Of a DNA stretch of 64,000 bases, positions 1-10,663 are shown piece after piece. Origin of the DNA: a virus; the IMG/VR virus record IMGVR_UViG_3300035180_001820, positions 3,268 through 67,267 of that record. The stretch is one strand, 5' to 3'. Both the position numbers and the translations under genes were made by a program. Positions within the stretch are counted from its first letter, which is position 1, and the number at the start of each line of letters is the position of its first letter. The notes under the pieces were generated by a model. That model was not told where the DNA came from. It worked only from the letters and a program-made list of their open reading frames with translations, and did not search any database.

Positions 1-1435
1 CCCTATTAAATAATGCAGAATCTATTCCAATCCCAGGAATGTTATAAAAATAATTACTTAAATTACTACCATTATAATGAGTGTTCATTATATTAGTGTT
101 CATTTTAATATAATTTGTAGTTTCTATTATACCATCATTTAATACTAACACCGGTGCCAATAGCGGACGTACAGTTTTGCTTGAGCTCCAATAAATACCA
201 CGAGTATATCTTACTTCGGGTGCCCATACAATATCTATATAATTATCATTACCAAAGAAATAGCTTTCAAATGTAGAGTTAAGATATATTTTATTTGTTA
301 AATTCTTAAATAACCTATTAGACATTGCTTTAAAAATTGACAATAAATGATTTAGATAATCTAAAACAACAACTTCACTTTCATCATCTAAAGATGAAAT
401 AAAATCATCAATACCATCATATGTAACATTTACATAATTTCCACCATAATATTTTACATAACCATAATTGAATGCTTTTAACATATCATCAGTATAATAA
501 TTACCTATATTATAATATCCTAATGTAAATAAATCTAAATTGTATGATTTGAAATTTATATTTAGATTTAATGCATTTGTACTTAACAATACATTTGAGT
601 TATTAAGTATTTGCCCTACAACATTTATATAAAAATATGTTGGTAAATCATAATTAATACTAGCATTTCTAGAAATAGGTAAAAAATTAAAACCAGTTTC
701 ACTACTTCCAGTATATTGAAATAATGAAAGATTGTTGTTATTATTAAGATTACGTAAAATATAATTACTATTCTCAATAGTATAATCAAATATATAATTA
801 AACATATTATCATCACCATTGCAAAATGGTCTAGGTAATGAATATATTTTATTTAATAAATCTCTTATATATGTTATAGCATCTGTTTTTTGTATAAGTT
901 TAATATTATCGGAAATGTTAATTTCATTGGATCTTGTAAAATTTATTATTTCATCATTTGAATAGTGTGTTATAACCCAAGTTGGTATTACGGCTGAAGC
1001 CGTTGGATCCGGTAATATACCTGCGCTTTGTGTTGGTAATGAATTATAAATATATTTCAATGCTGCATTTAAGTAATAAAAAGTATTAGGTTTATTTAAT
1101 GCAAATCCAACATTATGCATTTCATTATTAAATGATTGTTTATATTGTACAATATTATCTTTAATTTCTTCTAAGTTAACTTGAAGATTTGCGCCTGTTA
1201 AATATAAATTTTTATAATCTTCCTTTTTTACTTCTTCAATATCATTAGGTAATTCAGTATTAACAACTTCCGCTATATCATCTATATGTGTTAATGTAAA
1301 AGGTGGGTTGTTTCCTGCATGCACATATAACATATCGGATGCATCAAGTTTAGAATCATTTAAGAAAATAGGTTCTAAATTTGCACTGCGAGTTAAATAT
1401 GTCCCATCTTTAATTTTATCAAGGTCAAATCCCAT
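1..1435 (-). CDS. Hypothetical, probable virion/baseplate-associated protein (3' end runs off the window)
   Basis: Not in the ORF track. ATG at 1435 overlaps the upstream stop (TAATG); frame reads MGFDLDKIKDGTYLTRSANLEPIF... and is still open at the edge (...NIPGIGIDSALFNR); follows baseplate genes. Confidence 0.75.
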   Translation of the reverse strand, partial: MGFDLDKIKDGTYLTRSANLEPIFLNDSKLDASDMLYVHAGNNPPFTLTHIDDIAEVVNTELPNDIEEVKKEDYKNLYLTGANLQVNLEEIKDNIVQYKQSFNNEMHNVGFALNKPNTFYYLNAALKYIYNSLPTQSAGILPDPTASAVIPTWVITHYSNDEIINFTRSNEINISDNIKLIQKTDAITYIRDLLNKIYSLPRPFCNGDDNMFNYIFDYTIENSNYILRNLNNNNNLSLFQYTGSSETGFNFLPISRNASINYDLPTYFYINVVGQILNNSNVLLSTNALNLNINFKSYNLDLFTLGYYNIGNYYTDDMLKAFNYGYVKYYGGNYVNVTYDGIDDFISSLDDESEVVVLDYLNHLLSIFKAMSNRLFKNLTNKIYLNSTFESYFFGNDNYIDIVWAPEVRYTRGIYWSSSKTVRPLLAPVLVLNDGIIETTNYIKMNTNIMNTHYNGSNLSNYFYNIPGIGIDSALFNR

Positions 1436-2568
1436 TAGTCAGTAACCATAAATGTATTGTTATTATCAAATATATGTAAATTATTTCCATATGTTAATTT
1501 TATTTTTATTTTATACATTCTTTGTGGTACTAAAGAGTCCATCCAAATGTTAAAATAATTACCATCAATGTCAGATGATATTTTTGTATATTCCGAAAAA
1601 CCTATAATTTGTTCATCGGTTACTGCATCAAATATACCATAAAAAGATTCAGTTGGTAAATACAACACAGGTGTATCGGCCAAAAATAAATTATATGAAT
1701 CTCTTTGCCATTTTGGTCTACTATTAAGTCGTATTGCAACAACATCATTAGCGGAATATTCTTTAGATAAATTTTTATAAAAAATAAAAATATTACTTAA
1801 TAATACATTACCTGATAACTCATATATAGATGTATTAATATTTGATGGTACATAATTATCATCGGTAACTAATGATAGAATAGTGTCCTCATCGGTAATC
1901 TCTAAAGCTCGTACATAATCATCAAAATAGATATTTAATTTTGGTCTATATATTGTATTTGATTGTTTTGAATAAAAACATAAAGTTCCATAATCAGAAT
2001 CATTTGATTCTACGGCATCTTGAAACTTAACTAAAAATCCATATTTTAGATCTGATGAACCACTTATATAATATGATTGAACAAATTCGGTAATATCAAA
2101 TTTTGGATCCTCTAACATTGTAGATTCATTTAATCTACCTTTAACCTTTTCGATAATTGTACAAGTCTTTGGATTAACACTTGCTACATCTCCTCCAGCA
2201 ACATCCCAAGCAACATTATCAGTGGAATATAACCAATTTGAATCATTTGTATTTATTTTTGTTTCTGTGAATTTACCAAAACCTTCACTCCAATAATGTT
2301 TAACTGGGAAGCATTCTAAAGTTAAACCTTTAATGCGATCACCTGCTATACAAATAGGTAGGGACAATTCAACCTTATCTGGCATTCTACCTAACGCTGT
2401 AAATAATCTATCTAAATCAAAATATACTAATGACCTTGATATTACAGGTTCTATATTTATATTTCTTTTAGTTAATTCTAAAATTTCATCTTCACCTGTA
2501 TTTTTATTATCATATGATTGACTATGATATAAAGTAGTATCTTTATCTACATAAAAAATAATTTGCAT
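1435..2568 (-). CDS. Probable virion structural protein (DNRLRE-like beta domain)
   Basis: 377 aa; DTTLY...NTG.DEILEL, SRSLVYFD, W.EG.G, W...GGD, FDIT, GFLVK, RPKL pattern; directly follows the baseplate wedge gene. Confidence 0.5.
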   Translation of the reverse strand: MQIIFYVDKDTTLYHSQSYDNKNTGEDEILELTKRNINIEPVISRSLVYFDLDRLFTALGRMPDKVELSLPICIAGDRIKGLTLECFPVKHYWSEGFGKFTETKINTNDSNWLYSTDNVAWDVAGGDVASVNPKTCTIIEKVKGRLNESTMLEDPKFDITEFVQSYYISGSSDLKYGFLVKFQDAVESNDSDYGTLCFYSKQSNTIYRPKLNIYFDDYVRALEITDEDTILSLVTDDNYVPSNINTSIYELSGNVLLSNIFIFYKNLSKEYSANDVVAIRLNSRPKWQRDSYNLFLADTPVLYLPTESFYGIFDAVTDEQIIGFSEYTKISSDIDGNYFNIWMDSLVPQRMYKIKIKLTYGNNLHIFDNNNTFMVTD

Positions 2569-2576
2569 TGTGTTCC

Positions 2577-4457
2577 TTAATTAACAATTGTACCAACAAT
2601 ATCATTGTCTGGTAATTTGACTTCAAAAATAGATGGGTCAAGTGCCGTATAAATTACACCATTTACATTTGCCTTTGACATTATATCTGGGTAATAGACA
2701 TTTGAATATGGTGAACCACCAATACTTGATTTATTTACTATCTCAATATCAACTATAGATCTTACACCTGGGATAACTGCTAATAGATTATAAATTTCAT
2801 GAATAATAATTGGTTGACCAATTGTCCATTTTGAAATATCAAAATAATCTTTTAATGCAGTAATACATTTTAATAGAACTTCCTTTTTATCAATAATATC
2901 ATCAAATATTGATACACTAAAATTAACACCTATATTAATAACATACGCATCTCTTATTTCTATAGTATCAGTAGCCATACGATATTCATCTAAGTATGTT
3001 TTTATATTACCTTTTATTAAATCTGATAATGGTACCAAATTGTTATTTTCATCATATCCTAAACAAAATGCACTCAATGAAGAAACTGATAATTTATTCA
3101 ATGTTTCATCAGGTGAATTTGTAGTTGCTATTAAGTTTGAATTATTAACAACTTTTACTTTTGCAACTGAACCATATTTAGGATGTAATGATAAAATTCT
3201 TATTTCATAATCAGGTGTAGTTACACAACGATTTTGTGTAGGATATGATGCAATTGCATTTTCCTTAATTTCATATAATGATTCAGGTCCTCTTCCACCA
3301 GTTGCGGCTGTTATATTGTTTACTGTTAATGTTGATTTAATATAATTAAATGTTTGTAAATCACTACCAATTAAATTAGCACCATTACTTATAAAATTAA
3401 CATTCTTTATCTTATTCAAACTATCAGCCGCAAAATTTGTATTTCCGGTGTAGCCTTTTAGATATCTAATTGTTAATGTAACATTACTTGGACTTAAACC
3501 ATAACTTCTATTTAATAGAAAATTTCTTGGGTCTATATTTTTATTAAATGTTGCGGTACCAATATATTTTGGGCTAGGTAATATATCAATATCTGATAAT
3601 TGTGTAACACCACTACCAAATTGTATCATTAATTTATTATCAACTAATCGTGATATAAATCTAGTATCTACATTTTTATAGTTTAATATATAAGGTGTAT
3701 TATGTTGCGCATGCGCATATCTTAAATCATTTTTTACAGGAATATCATCCACTATTTTATTATATGCTAAATATGGTACTTCATACCAAACTGTACCATC
3801 ACTACCTACAACATCAATAATTTCTAAAACATTATCATCAGGTATTGTTATAGTTAAAAACTTTTGAGCATTACCTACATCATAAGTATATGTTTCAATA
3901 CTACCCGATTTTCCAGCTATTGGTTTTTCTAATAAATAAAACAATACACTTCCATCATTACCTTTTGAATATTCCGATATTACAGTTCCATCTGTTAATG
4001 TATTTGAAAAATCAATTATACCATCATTAGGAATAAATGTCGTATCGCTACCATCTGCACCTATTTGTAAATCCGATAATATTAACGAATAATTCCAATC
4101 TGGTTTTTGAGGCATTTCTGTTGTAGCAGGTATTAATTGATATAACATAAATTGTGCATGTGATTGTGCACTTACTTTTGGTCTATATCCAAAAAGACTT
4201 TGTGCTTGATTTATAATATTAGTCCTATCGGTTGCCGAAAAGAATAATGATTCTGTAAATTTTACATTTTGATAAAATCCAGTTAAATCGGTTATATATG
4301 ATAATAATTCTACTATTATCATTTCAACTGATTCATTTGAAATTGATGTAAATTCATTTGGAAAATATACTTTAAGAAATTCAATTAATGCATTTCTAAC
4401 ATCTTCAAAATTTCTATTAATATATTTTACGTTTTTATTTATGTCTTTAGTTATCAT
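2577..4457 (-). CDS. Baseplate wedge subunit (T4 gp6 / baseplate J-like)
   Basis: 626 aa; YINRNFEDVRNAL, ELLSYITD...FY, GYRPK, IQFGSG, AATGGRGPESLYEIK, QNRCVTTPDYE motifs typical of gp6-like wedges. Confidence 0.85.
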   Translation of the reverse strand: MITKDINKNVKYINRNFEDVRNALIEFLKVYFPNEFTSISNESVEMIIVELLSYITDLTGFYQNVKFTESLFFSATDRTNIINQAQSLFGYRPKVSAQSHAQFMLYQLIPATTEMPQKPDWNYSLILSDLQIGADGSDTTFIPNDGIIDFSNTLTDGTVISEYSKGNDGSVLFYLLEKPIAGKSGSIETYTYDVGNAQKFLTITIPDDNVLEIIDVVGSDGTVWYEVPYLAYNKIVDDIPVKNDLRYAHAQHNTPYILNYKNVDTRFISRLVDNKLMIQFGSGVTQLSDIDILPSPKYIGTATFNKNIDPRNFLLNRSYGLSPSNVTLTIRYLKGYTGNTNFAADSLNKIKNVNFISNGANLIGSDLQTFNYIKSTLTVNNITAATGGRGPESLYEIKENAIASYPTQNRCVTTPDYEIRILSLHPKYGSVAKVKVVNNSNLIATTNSPDETLNKLSVSSLSAFCLGYDENNNLVPLSDLIKGNIKTYLDEYRMATDTIEIRDAYVINIGVNFSVSIFDDIIDKKEVLLKCITALKDYFDISKWTIGQPIIIHEIYNLLAVIPGVRSIVDIEIVNKSSIGGSPYSNVYYPDIMSKANVNGVIYTALDPSIFEVKLPDNDIVGTIVN

Positions 4458-4462
4458 ATACC

Positions 4463-4825
4463 TTAAACTTTAATTTTAACTACTGCTGATGTACCAAAAT
4501 ACATAAAGTTTATTGAAACTTGAGTATCATGATCCGTTATTTTTTCTATTGTAACATTAGTAACCGTTATTTCTGGAATGTAAGTCCGTAGGCTATCAAT
4601 AATATCTTTTTTTATTTTCTTATTGCTAGTTTCATCATTTTGTTCAAATAAATACTTTGTTAATGACATACCAGTAAGATTGAAATATCTTTCATTTTCT
4701 TCACATGAAAACAATATTCTTATTTTTGTTTTTATATGTTCAAGCGTTGTATAATTTAAACTAAAAGATCCATCTTTTTTTGATGGTTCTATAGGATATT
4801 TAATACTTAATGGGTTACTTATCAT
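4463..4825 (-). CDS. Baseplate gp25/GPW-like sheath initiator
   Basis: 120 aa; IKTKIRILF...ERYFNLTG.SL.KYLFE...YIPEI.V..V pattern; adjacent to gp6-like gene. Confidence 0.8.
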   Translation of the reverse strand: MISNPLSIKYPIEPSKKDGSFSLNYTTLEHIKTKIRILFSCEENERYFNLTGMSLTKYLFEQNDETSNKKIKKDIIDSLRTYIPEITVTNVTIEKITDHDTQVSINFMYFGTSAVVKIKV

Positions 4826-4828
4826 TTA

Positions 4829-5188
4829 TTAAATTTGACCTGAATAATCTTTGTTGAAAACATTATCTAAAAATGTACCATATTTTTTATCTGTTACTGA
4901 TATCGCATCTAATGCATTAGGAGCGGTATCACCTTCAGGAATATCATCTATAGTATTATTCATGATATCATTCAATACTGGATTCTTAAATTGTATTTTA
5001 GGGCGTTGTGATTCTTGTACTTTTTTTTGTTGTTTTTGACCAACTCTTGGAACGTTATTATTAATAAGTTTTAATACATCATCTTTATCATCAGAAAGAA
5101 TATTATTTTCTTCTAATTTCTTAAATGCTATTTCTAACTCTTGTCTAACAACAGTTCTTAGTATTTTTATAAATCTTGCTTCATCCAT
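4829..5188 (-). CDS. Hypothetical protein in structural block
   Basis: 119 aa ORF with AGGT-type RBS; no family recognised. Confidence 0.6.
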   Translation of the reverse strand: MDEARFIKILRTVVRQELEIAFKKLEENNILSDDKDDVLKLINNNVPRVGQKQQKKVQESQRPKIQFKNPVLNDIMNNTIDDIPEGDTAPNALDAISVTDKKYGTFLDNVFNKDYSGQI

Positions 5189-5220
5189 TTTTCTTAACCT
5201 TTTTATAATAAATATATGAA

Positions 5221-6288
5221 TTATATTATTTTTACATTATTACTTAATATTCCAGTTACTTCACTATTCAATGCTAATATTGAAGGTAAATTAACAGGTG
5301 GTGTCCCAGGTGCACCAAATGTAAGTTTAGTCATTTCTTGTATTATCTTAGAAATTAATTGTGTTAATTTTGTTCCTAAAACTGCTGGGATTGTTGCACC
5401 ATCTCCAATGGTAATTTTATTTGCTTTCAATGAAATTGATTTTGCTGTAGAAAGTATTATATTATCACCACATTCAAATATTATTTTTTCATTAGCACTA
5501 CCATATAAACTACGTTTTGAAAATATTGAAATTTCATTTTGATTTGAATTTAATATTATTCTATCTGAATTTAATATTATTTGTTTACCCTTAAAAACAG
5601 GTTCTGATAAATTATTATAATAATACTGTTTACCATTTGTTGATGCATTAAATTCGACATTTTGCTCACATATAAATATACTATTATCATTGTTCAATGC
5701 ATTATTAGTAATTGTTATGTTTTGATATCTTGCATCTTTATCGTATGAAAATATCATAGCACTTCCAAACCTACTTTGAATCATTAACATTCCAGGGACC
5801 ATATCAACCTGTTTAGATTTATTTAGCTTATTTAGCTTATTATCCGTTGTTGGTGTTGATGATGGTGCGACCGTTGGTTTAGGGCCACTTGATTTGAAGT
5901 TTGAAATGTTGGTAGATGATGATGTTACTTTATCACCAGTAACTAACTTATTACTTGTATTTTCAAATACATCTCCAATATAACTAATAGGGGCTTCATA
6001 ATATACTTTATCTAAAATATAATAAAATTTTACCAATTCACCAATAATTGGTATTACAAAAATATTTTTAGTCCCAGGTGTTGCTAATACACCTTCAGGA
6101 TTAGGATTTCCATCAAGTATATTTATAACGGCCTTACCAATGTCATTTGGACCCGTATAAAGTACATGATTTTCATCTAATATAATATCAGTTACTTCTG
6201 CAATGTTTGATTTAATACCATTTTGATTCTGTGGTAACTTACTTGATAATGTTGAACTACTTATTAATTCATTGTTATTTTCAAACAT
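5221..6288 (-). CDS. Putative baseplate hub/spike (gp5/gpV-like)
   Basis: 355 aa; N-terminal OB-like segment (PIIGELV), QSRFGS, C-terminal beta-helix-like repeats (KQIILNSDRIILNS, ISLKANKITIG) and PAVLG. Confidence 0.6.
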   Translation of the reverse strand: MFENNNELISSSTLSSKLPQNQNGIKSNIAEVTDIILDENHVLYTGPNDIGKAVINILDGNPNPEGVLATPGTKNIFVIPIIGELVKFYYILDKVYYEAPISYIGDVFENTSNKLVTGDKVTSSSTNISNFKSSGPKPTVAPSSTPTTDNKLNKLNKSKQVDMVPGMLMIQSRFGSAMIFSYDKDARYQNITITNNALNNDNSIFICEQNVEFNASTNGKQYYYNNLSEPVFKGKQIILNSDRIILNSNQNEISIFSKRSLYGSANEKIIFECGDNIILSTAKSISLKANKITIGDGATIPAVLGTKLTQLISKIIQEMTKLTFGAPGTPPVNLPSILALNSEVTGILSNNVKII

Positions 6289-6718
6289 TTACATTTTCAC
6301 CTTCTAAATCTTTTATAGCGGCATCCGCTTTATCAATTAATGTTGTTAATCTATTACTAACATTTGTATCTACTGATTTTGCTAATGCACGTTGGGCATT
6401 AATATCTTTAATTAAACTTTGTCTTTCATCTTCAGTGAATGCACCTGTTTCACCACCTCCGCCTATTTTTATAGCACTTATCATACGTTGTATAATAGCT
6501 GCTAATTTAACCATATTTCCATCATTAGCAACCGCAACCTCAAAATATTCTTTAATTAAAGGTACAATAATCATAGCATCTTGTGGTTGTTTAATTAGAC
6601 TATTTAATTTTTCTAAAAAGAAGTCTATTTGACTTGATTTATTTTTAGAACTATTATAAATATCTGCATAAATATTTGATAGTGATATCTCACCAAATAT
6701 TGTAGTATCTTTATCCAT
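6281..6718 (-). CDS. Hypothetical helical protein
   Basis: 145 aa ORF with AAGGA RBS; overlaps the start of the spike-like gene. Confidence 0.65.
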   Translation of the reverse strand: MDKDTTIFGEISLSNIYADIYNSSKNKSSQIDFFLEKLNSLIKQPQDAMIIVPLIKEYFEVAVANDGNMVKLAAIIQRMISAIKIGGGGETGAFTEDERQSLIKDINAQRALAKSVDTNVSNRLTTLIDKADAAIKDLEGENVNV

Positions 6719-6782
6719 ACTTTCCTTGAATTGTTATATTATAACCTTGTCTATATAAATATAAGAAAGTACTAAAAATAAA

Positions 6783-6814
6783 TAAAAAAGGCGGGTACCT
6801 TACGATAACCGCCT
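6783..6814 (-). terminator. Intrinsic terminator
   Basis: Minus strand AGGCGGTTATC-GTAA-GGTACCCGCCT then TTTTTATTT, just after the 6834..7577 gene. Confidence 0.75.
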
Positions 6815-6833
6815 GCTTGTAGGAGTATAATGA

Positions 6834-7577
6834 TTAATTATAATATTTTTTTGACATATCTAAATAACCATGTTCTTTATATGAAGAATATGCATTTAGG
6901 TATATTTTTTTCATTACGTTTAATATTCTGTTGATGTTTTGAGATGTGTCATCTGTCATTTCGCGGATGTATACAAATATTGATTTCTTTGAAATGATGT
7001 CCATTCCCTTATTTTCCAATAGGTGTATTATTGCTGATAATATATTTTGGTATTTTTTTCTACCTTTACATATTTCATATGAATTTTCTTTAAGATAAAT
7101 TATAAACTGTTGTATGAATGTTGATATATCATCATTTTTTTCATCAATATCATATGATTCATCTTTTATGTCCAATGCAAAACTATTTTCAGAATCATCA
7201 TTACCTGACATTGACATTTCATTTTTCATTCGTCTTTCACATCGCCTATTCCATAATATTAAATAATTAATCATAGAACGTGTAAAGTATGAAAATGCCC
7301 TACCTTTTTCTGGAGATATTTTACTTATGTTTAATAAAATATGAGCAACTAATTCATGCTTAATATCATAAAATGATTCATTAATATATGAAAACTTTTT
7401 AGTATTAATAATACTTTCTGCCATTTTATCCAATGCAAACTCAATACGATCTTTATAGATAATACTTCGTTTTAACACATCAGGTTCAGCAATATATTCT
7501 AACACTGCAGCTTCAGTATCAGGTGTAAAATACACCTTACCCTTTTTCTTTTTAATTTTACTCAATTGAGTTAACAT
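6834..7577 (-). CDS. Putative phage late sigma factor (gp55-like)
   Basis: 247 aa; YFT...E.A..EY and KGRAFSYFTRSMINYL resemble sigma region 2 of gp55-like factors (AF.YFT); lies just upstream of the structural genes. Confidence 0.5.
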   Translation of the reverse strand: MLTQLSKIKKKKGKVYFTPDTEAAVLEYIAEPDVLKRSIIYKDRIEFALDKMAESIINTKKFSYINESFYDIKHELVAHILLNISKISPEKGRAFSYFTRSMINYLILWNRRCERRMKNEMSMSGNDDSENSFALDIKDESYDIDEKNDDISTFIQQFIIYLKENSYEICKGRKKYQNILSAIIHLLENKGMDIISKKSIFVYIREMTDDTSQNINRILNVMKKIYLNAYSSYKEHGYLDMSKKYYN

Positions 7578-7579
7578 AT

Positions 7580-7885
7580 TTATTCCGTAGGTTTATTAGT
7601 AAAATAGTTAACAACGTTTTCGTGTAACTCTTTAATTTCATTTGTTATAAATTTATAAGTCCATCCAATTTCATCATCGGCTTCAAATGAACCACGAATA
7701 TCAATATCCTTAATTTTCTTAAGTGCATCATTAAATCGTAATATCATTAAACTTTTATAATGTTCAAATGAAATTAATATAGATTCCATAACTGTTAGTT
7801 TTCTATAAGTATTAATAGCAACATATGTTGCAACTAATGCATATATAGTAACTATTGTATTATATAATTCAATATGTATTTCCAT
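7580..7885 (-). CDS. Hypothetical membrane-anchored protein
   Basis: N-terminal hydrophobic helix; GSFEADDEIG motif. Confidence 0.55.
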   Translation of the reverse strand: MEIHIELYNTIVTIYALVATYVAINTYRKLTVMESILISFEHYKSLMILRFNDALKKIKDIDIRGSFEADDEIGWTYKFITNEIKELHENVVNYFTNKPTE

Positions 7886-7886
7886 A

Positions 7887-8660
7887 TTATGACTTCTTTT
7901 TATTTAATATTGCTGACATGTCACCTAAAGTAAATTCTTTGAAAACATCAACTGCTTTTGCTTGTGCCGACTGTTTTCCTGATTTAAGAACCTTTATATT
8001 CTTTTCACCAAATTTCCAATCTTGGTATTCAATACGCATAGCCATCATATCGGCTTGATGAATTATATATGGTAAGTTATTTTTGATTTGTTTAGAATCA
8101 TACCAAGAAACTAAATATTCTTCATTACCTTTATTATATAAACCATCATGAAGTCTAATTCCGATAAATTCATTTTCAGTAATACGAATATCATATTCTT
8201 GTAAGAACCATAAAGCTCTATCTTGATGTGGCATTACATTTTTAATAGTTGTATTTGTATCATACATTTCACCACGTTTGCGTTTCCAATCTTCAGTTAC
8301 TGGAACATATAATTCATTATCTAAATCTCCCAATTTACCAATATCATGATTTAATGCAACGAACATTAATTCTGAATATTCATAATTCTCAAATTGACCC
8401 ATACGAATCCACAATTCATGCAATTCTTCTGCACATCTGATAACATTCAAAACATGATGAACATAACCACCAACAAAACATGAATGAAAATGTTCTTTAC
8501 CTGATGCCGGCATCATAGTAATTCTCTCTTCAAATTCACCATATAATTTTAATAGTTTATCAATACGATCTTGTGAAAATCCATGTTTAGATGAATCTTT
8601 AATCCATTCGATTAATCTATCATAATTTGCTTGAACTTGTTCTGGTGTTAATTCTTTCAT
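7887..8660 (-). CDS. HD-domain phosphohydrolase (YhaM-like HD)
   Basis: PAS...FHS..GGYV.H.L.V, ALNHDIGK, I..HDG, IIHQAD motifs. Confidence 0.8.
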   Translation of the reverse strand: MKELTPEQVQANYDRLIEWIKDSSKHGFSQDRIDKLLKLYGEFEERITMMPASGKEHFHSCFVGGYVHHVLNVIRCAEELHELWIRMGQFENYEYSELMFVALNHDIGKLGDLDNELYVPVTEDWKRKRGEMYDTNTTIKNVMPHQDRALWFLQEYDIRITENEFIGIRLHDGLYNKGNEEYLVSWYDSKQIKNNLPYIIHQADMMAMRIEYQDWKFGEKNIKVLKSGKQSAQAKAVDVFKEFTLGDMSAILNKKKS

Positions 8661-8672
8661 TTAATAACCTCT

Positions 8673-9185
8673 TTATTTTGTAATTGATTTGGCATAATCA
8701 TTAACCACTTTATGCCCAGTATTGTATACACCAAATGCAATATCCCATCTATGATATTTTGCATATAATGTACTTAAATATTTCATTGACACTTTTATGT
8801 TAAGGTCTATATCATATAACACTTGGTCATATGTTAATACACTATCCGACATTGAATTTGCCGTACTTAACATTACTTGTGCAGCTCCTAATGCATTTTG
8901 ATTTGAAATTAAATTTGCATTATAATCTTTATCTATTGGGCCACGATATGTTGATTCATGATATAACATTCTTAGTGCATATTTCGTTGGTACATTATAT
9001 TCTTTAGAATATTTTACAGTACTTAAATAAACCTGCACTTCAGGTGAAATAATATTTTGCTTTGTTTGTATATTATGAATTTTTACAACTTCTGCTTCTA
9101 TATTATTTATTCTAACTATATCAGTAATAAACATAGTCACTGTTATAAAAAATAACAGTGACATATATAAATGTGTTAATTTCAT
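8673..9185 (-). CDS. Lytic transglycosylase (SLT domain) with N-terminal membrane anchor
   Basis: HES, S..NALGAAQVM..TA, NI...MKYL, A...YNTG motifs; hydrophobic N-terminus. Confidence 0.85.
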   Translation of the reverse strand: MKLTHLYMSLLFFITVTMFITDIVRINNIEAEVVKIHNIQTKQNIISPEVQVYLSTVKYSKEYNVPTKYALRMLYHESTYRGPIDKDYNANLISNQNALGAAQVMLSTANSMSDSVLTYDQVLYDIDLNIKVSMKYLSTLYAKYHRWDIAFGVYNTGHKVVNDYAKSITK

Positions 9186-9631
9186 TTTATTTTATTCAAA
9201 TATGAACGTTGCATTTGCGCTTGTATTTGACCGTTAATAATTGTAGTTGATGAATCATCAAATATAGTAACCGAATTTGCTTTAAAATCAATTATATTTA
9301 ATTGACCTTTATCATCAACCATAATACTAATACTATCACCTGTCTTAAATTCAAAGACTTTATGTTGAACTGTTGTTCTAACAGTGTGCACTAAATAACC
9401 AAAGACAATAGATAATATTATTAAGCTATAAAGTTTTACAAATTTCCAAAATGATAAACAATACACTTTGATTTTTGATAAAACTTTAGTCTCAATTTCT
9501 TTAATCTTTACTTTAGTTACCATAATGACCAACTCTTCCATAAAATTTGAAAATAAGATCTTTAAGATCTTCGCATGTCCAAACACGAGCACCAACATCA
9601 TTATTATATAAAAATACACGTGTTGCAACAC
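9182..9631 (-). CDS. Hypothetical membrane protein next to SLT (true start probably downstream, MVTKVK)
   Basis: One TM helix; the track N-terminus overlaps the neighbouring ORF. Confidence 0.5.
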   Translation of the reverse strand: MLQHVYFYIIMMLVLVFGHAKILKILFSNFMEELVIMVTKVKIKEIETKVLSKIKVYCLSFWKFVKLYSLIILSIVFGYLVHTVRTTVQHKVFEFKTGDSISIMVDDKGQLNIIDFKANSVTIFDDSSTTIINGQIQAQMQRSYLNKIK

Positions 9632-9835
9632 CAGCCGTTAAAATTGAATTTAATTCACTTTCAACTTCAGGTCTTGGTATTAGTTTTCTTTTTGTATCAA
9701 ACATCTTATCACGACGATCATCTTTAGAATGACCATAATTTTCATTAAGCCATGCTAAAAGTTTAGGTTCATCTAAATCAATATTTATATAGACTAATTC
9801 AGGTGCAAATTCACCATGTCTAATTAAAATAGTTT

Positions 9836-10663
9836 TCATTTATTTTCCTTATTTTCTTTTACTGAAAGTCTATAACCATTTTTGAAATGCTTATCTGCAT
9901 TTTTATATTTATCAATGATTTTTTCATTATTATCATTAATAAATTCAACTTTTTCATTCCTACCAATTTTAGGTTCAGTACGAACATGAGTAATACCTGC
10001 ATATGATCTATCAGTCATTAGAATACCCATCAAGTGATCATATTCATGTTGAATAGCAACACATTCTAATAAATCCAAATCGGCATATAATGCCTTTTTG
10101 CTTTTAATAGAATCAGGATCTTTAATACCAAACTCACGTACACCTTCAAAATTATCTGCTTTAACTTTTATTGAAAGTCTACGAACGGTTTTGCTTGATT
10201 TATTTGGAATTGACATACAGCCTTCTACATAAGGAACTGTTTCATATGAGGCTTCGATAATTTCAGGATTTATAAAAATCTCAGGTTCTTTTACGTTTAC
10301 AACAAAGACCTTTCTAAAAATACCAATTTGTGGAGCTGATAAACCGATACATGGATTTTCTTTCATTGATTGTAAAAGTAACAATGCAATTTTTTCACCA
10401 TACTCAACGGATTCAACTTTTTGTGAAACTTGGCGTAGTTTATTTTTATCTTTTATAATATTAATTCTACCAACACTATCAAGTCCTAATGTAATACTAG
10501 GATCATTTCCAACATTGGAATAATCTACACTTTCTATTTTATCCGAAGCCATAACATTTTCAGATGAAACAACTTCAGCATCTTCGGCAGAATTTAATTT
10601 TTCATCAATCACAGGAAATGCTTGTTTAACAGCGCTTAAATCATTGGAATTATTCAGTAACAT
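9836..10663 (-). CDS. def: Peptide deformylase
   Basis: All three PDF motifs: GLSAPQIG, EGCMS, QHEYDHLMG. Confidence 0.93.
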   Translation of the reverse strand: MLLNNSNDLSAVKQAFPVIDEKLNSAEDAEVVSSENVMASDKIESVDYSNVGNDPSITLGLDSVGRINIIKDKNKLRQVSQKVESVEYGEKIALLLLQSMKENPCIGLSAPQIGIFRKVFVVNVKEPEIFINPEIIEASYETVPYVEGCMSIPNKSSKTVRRLSIKVKADNFEGVREFGIKDPDSIKSKKALYADLDLLECVAIQHEYDHLMGILMTDRSYAGITHVRTEPKIGRNEKVEFINDNNEKIIDKYKNADKHFKNGYRLSVKENKENK

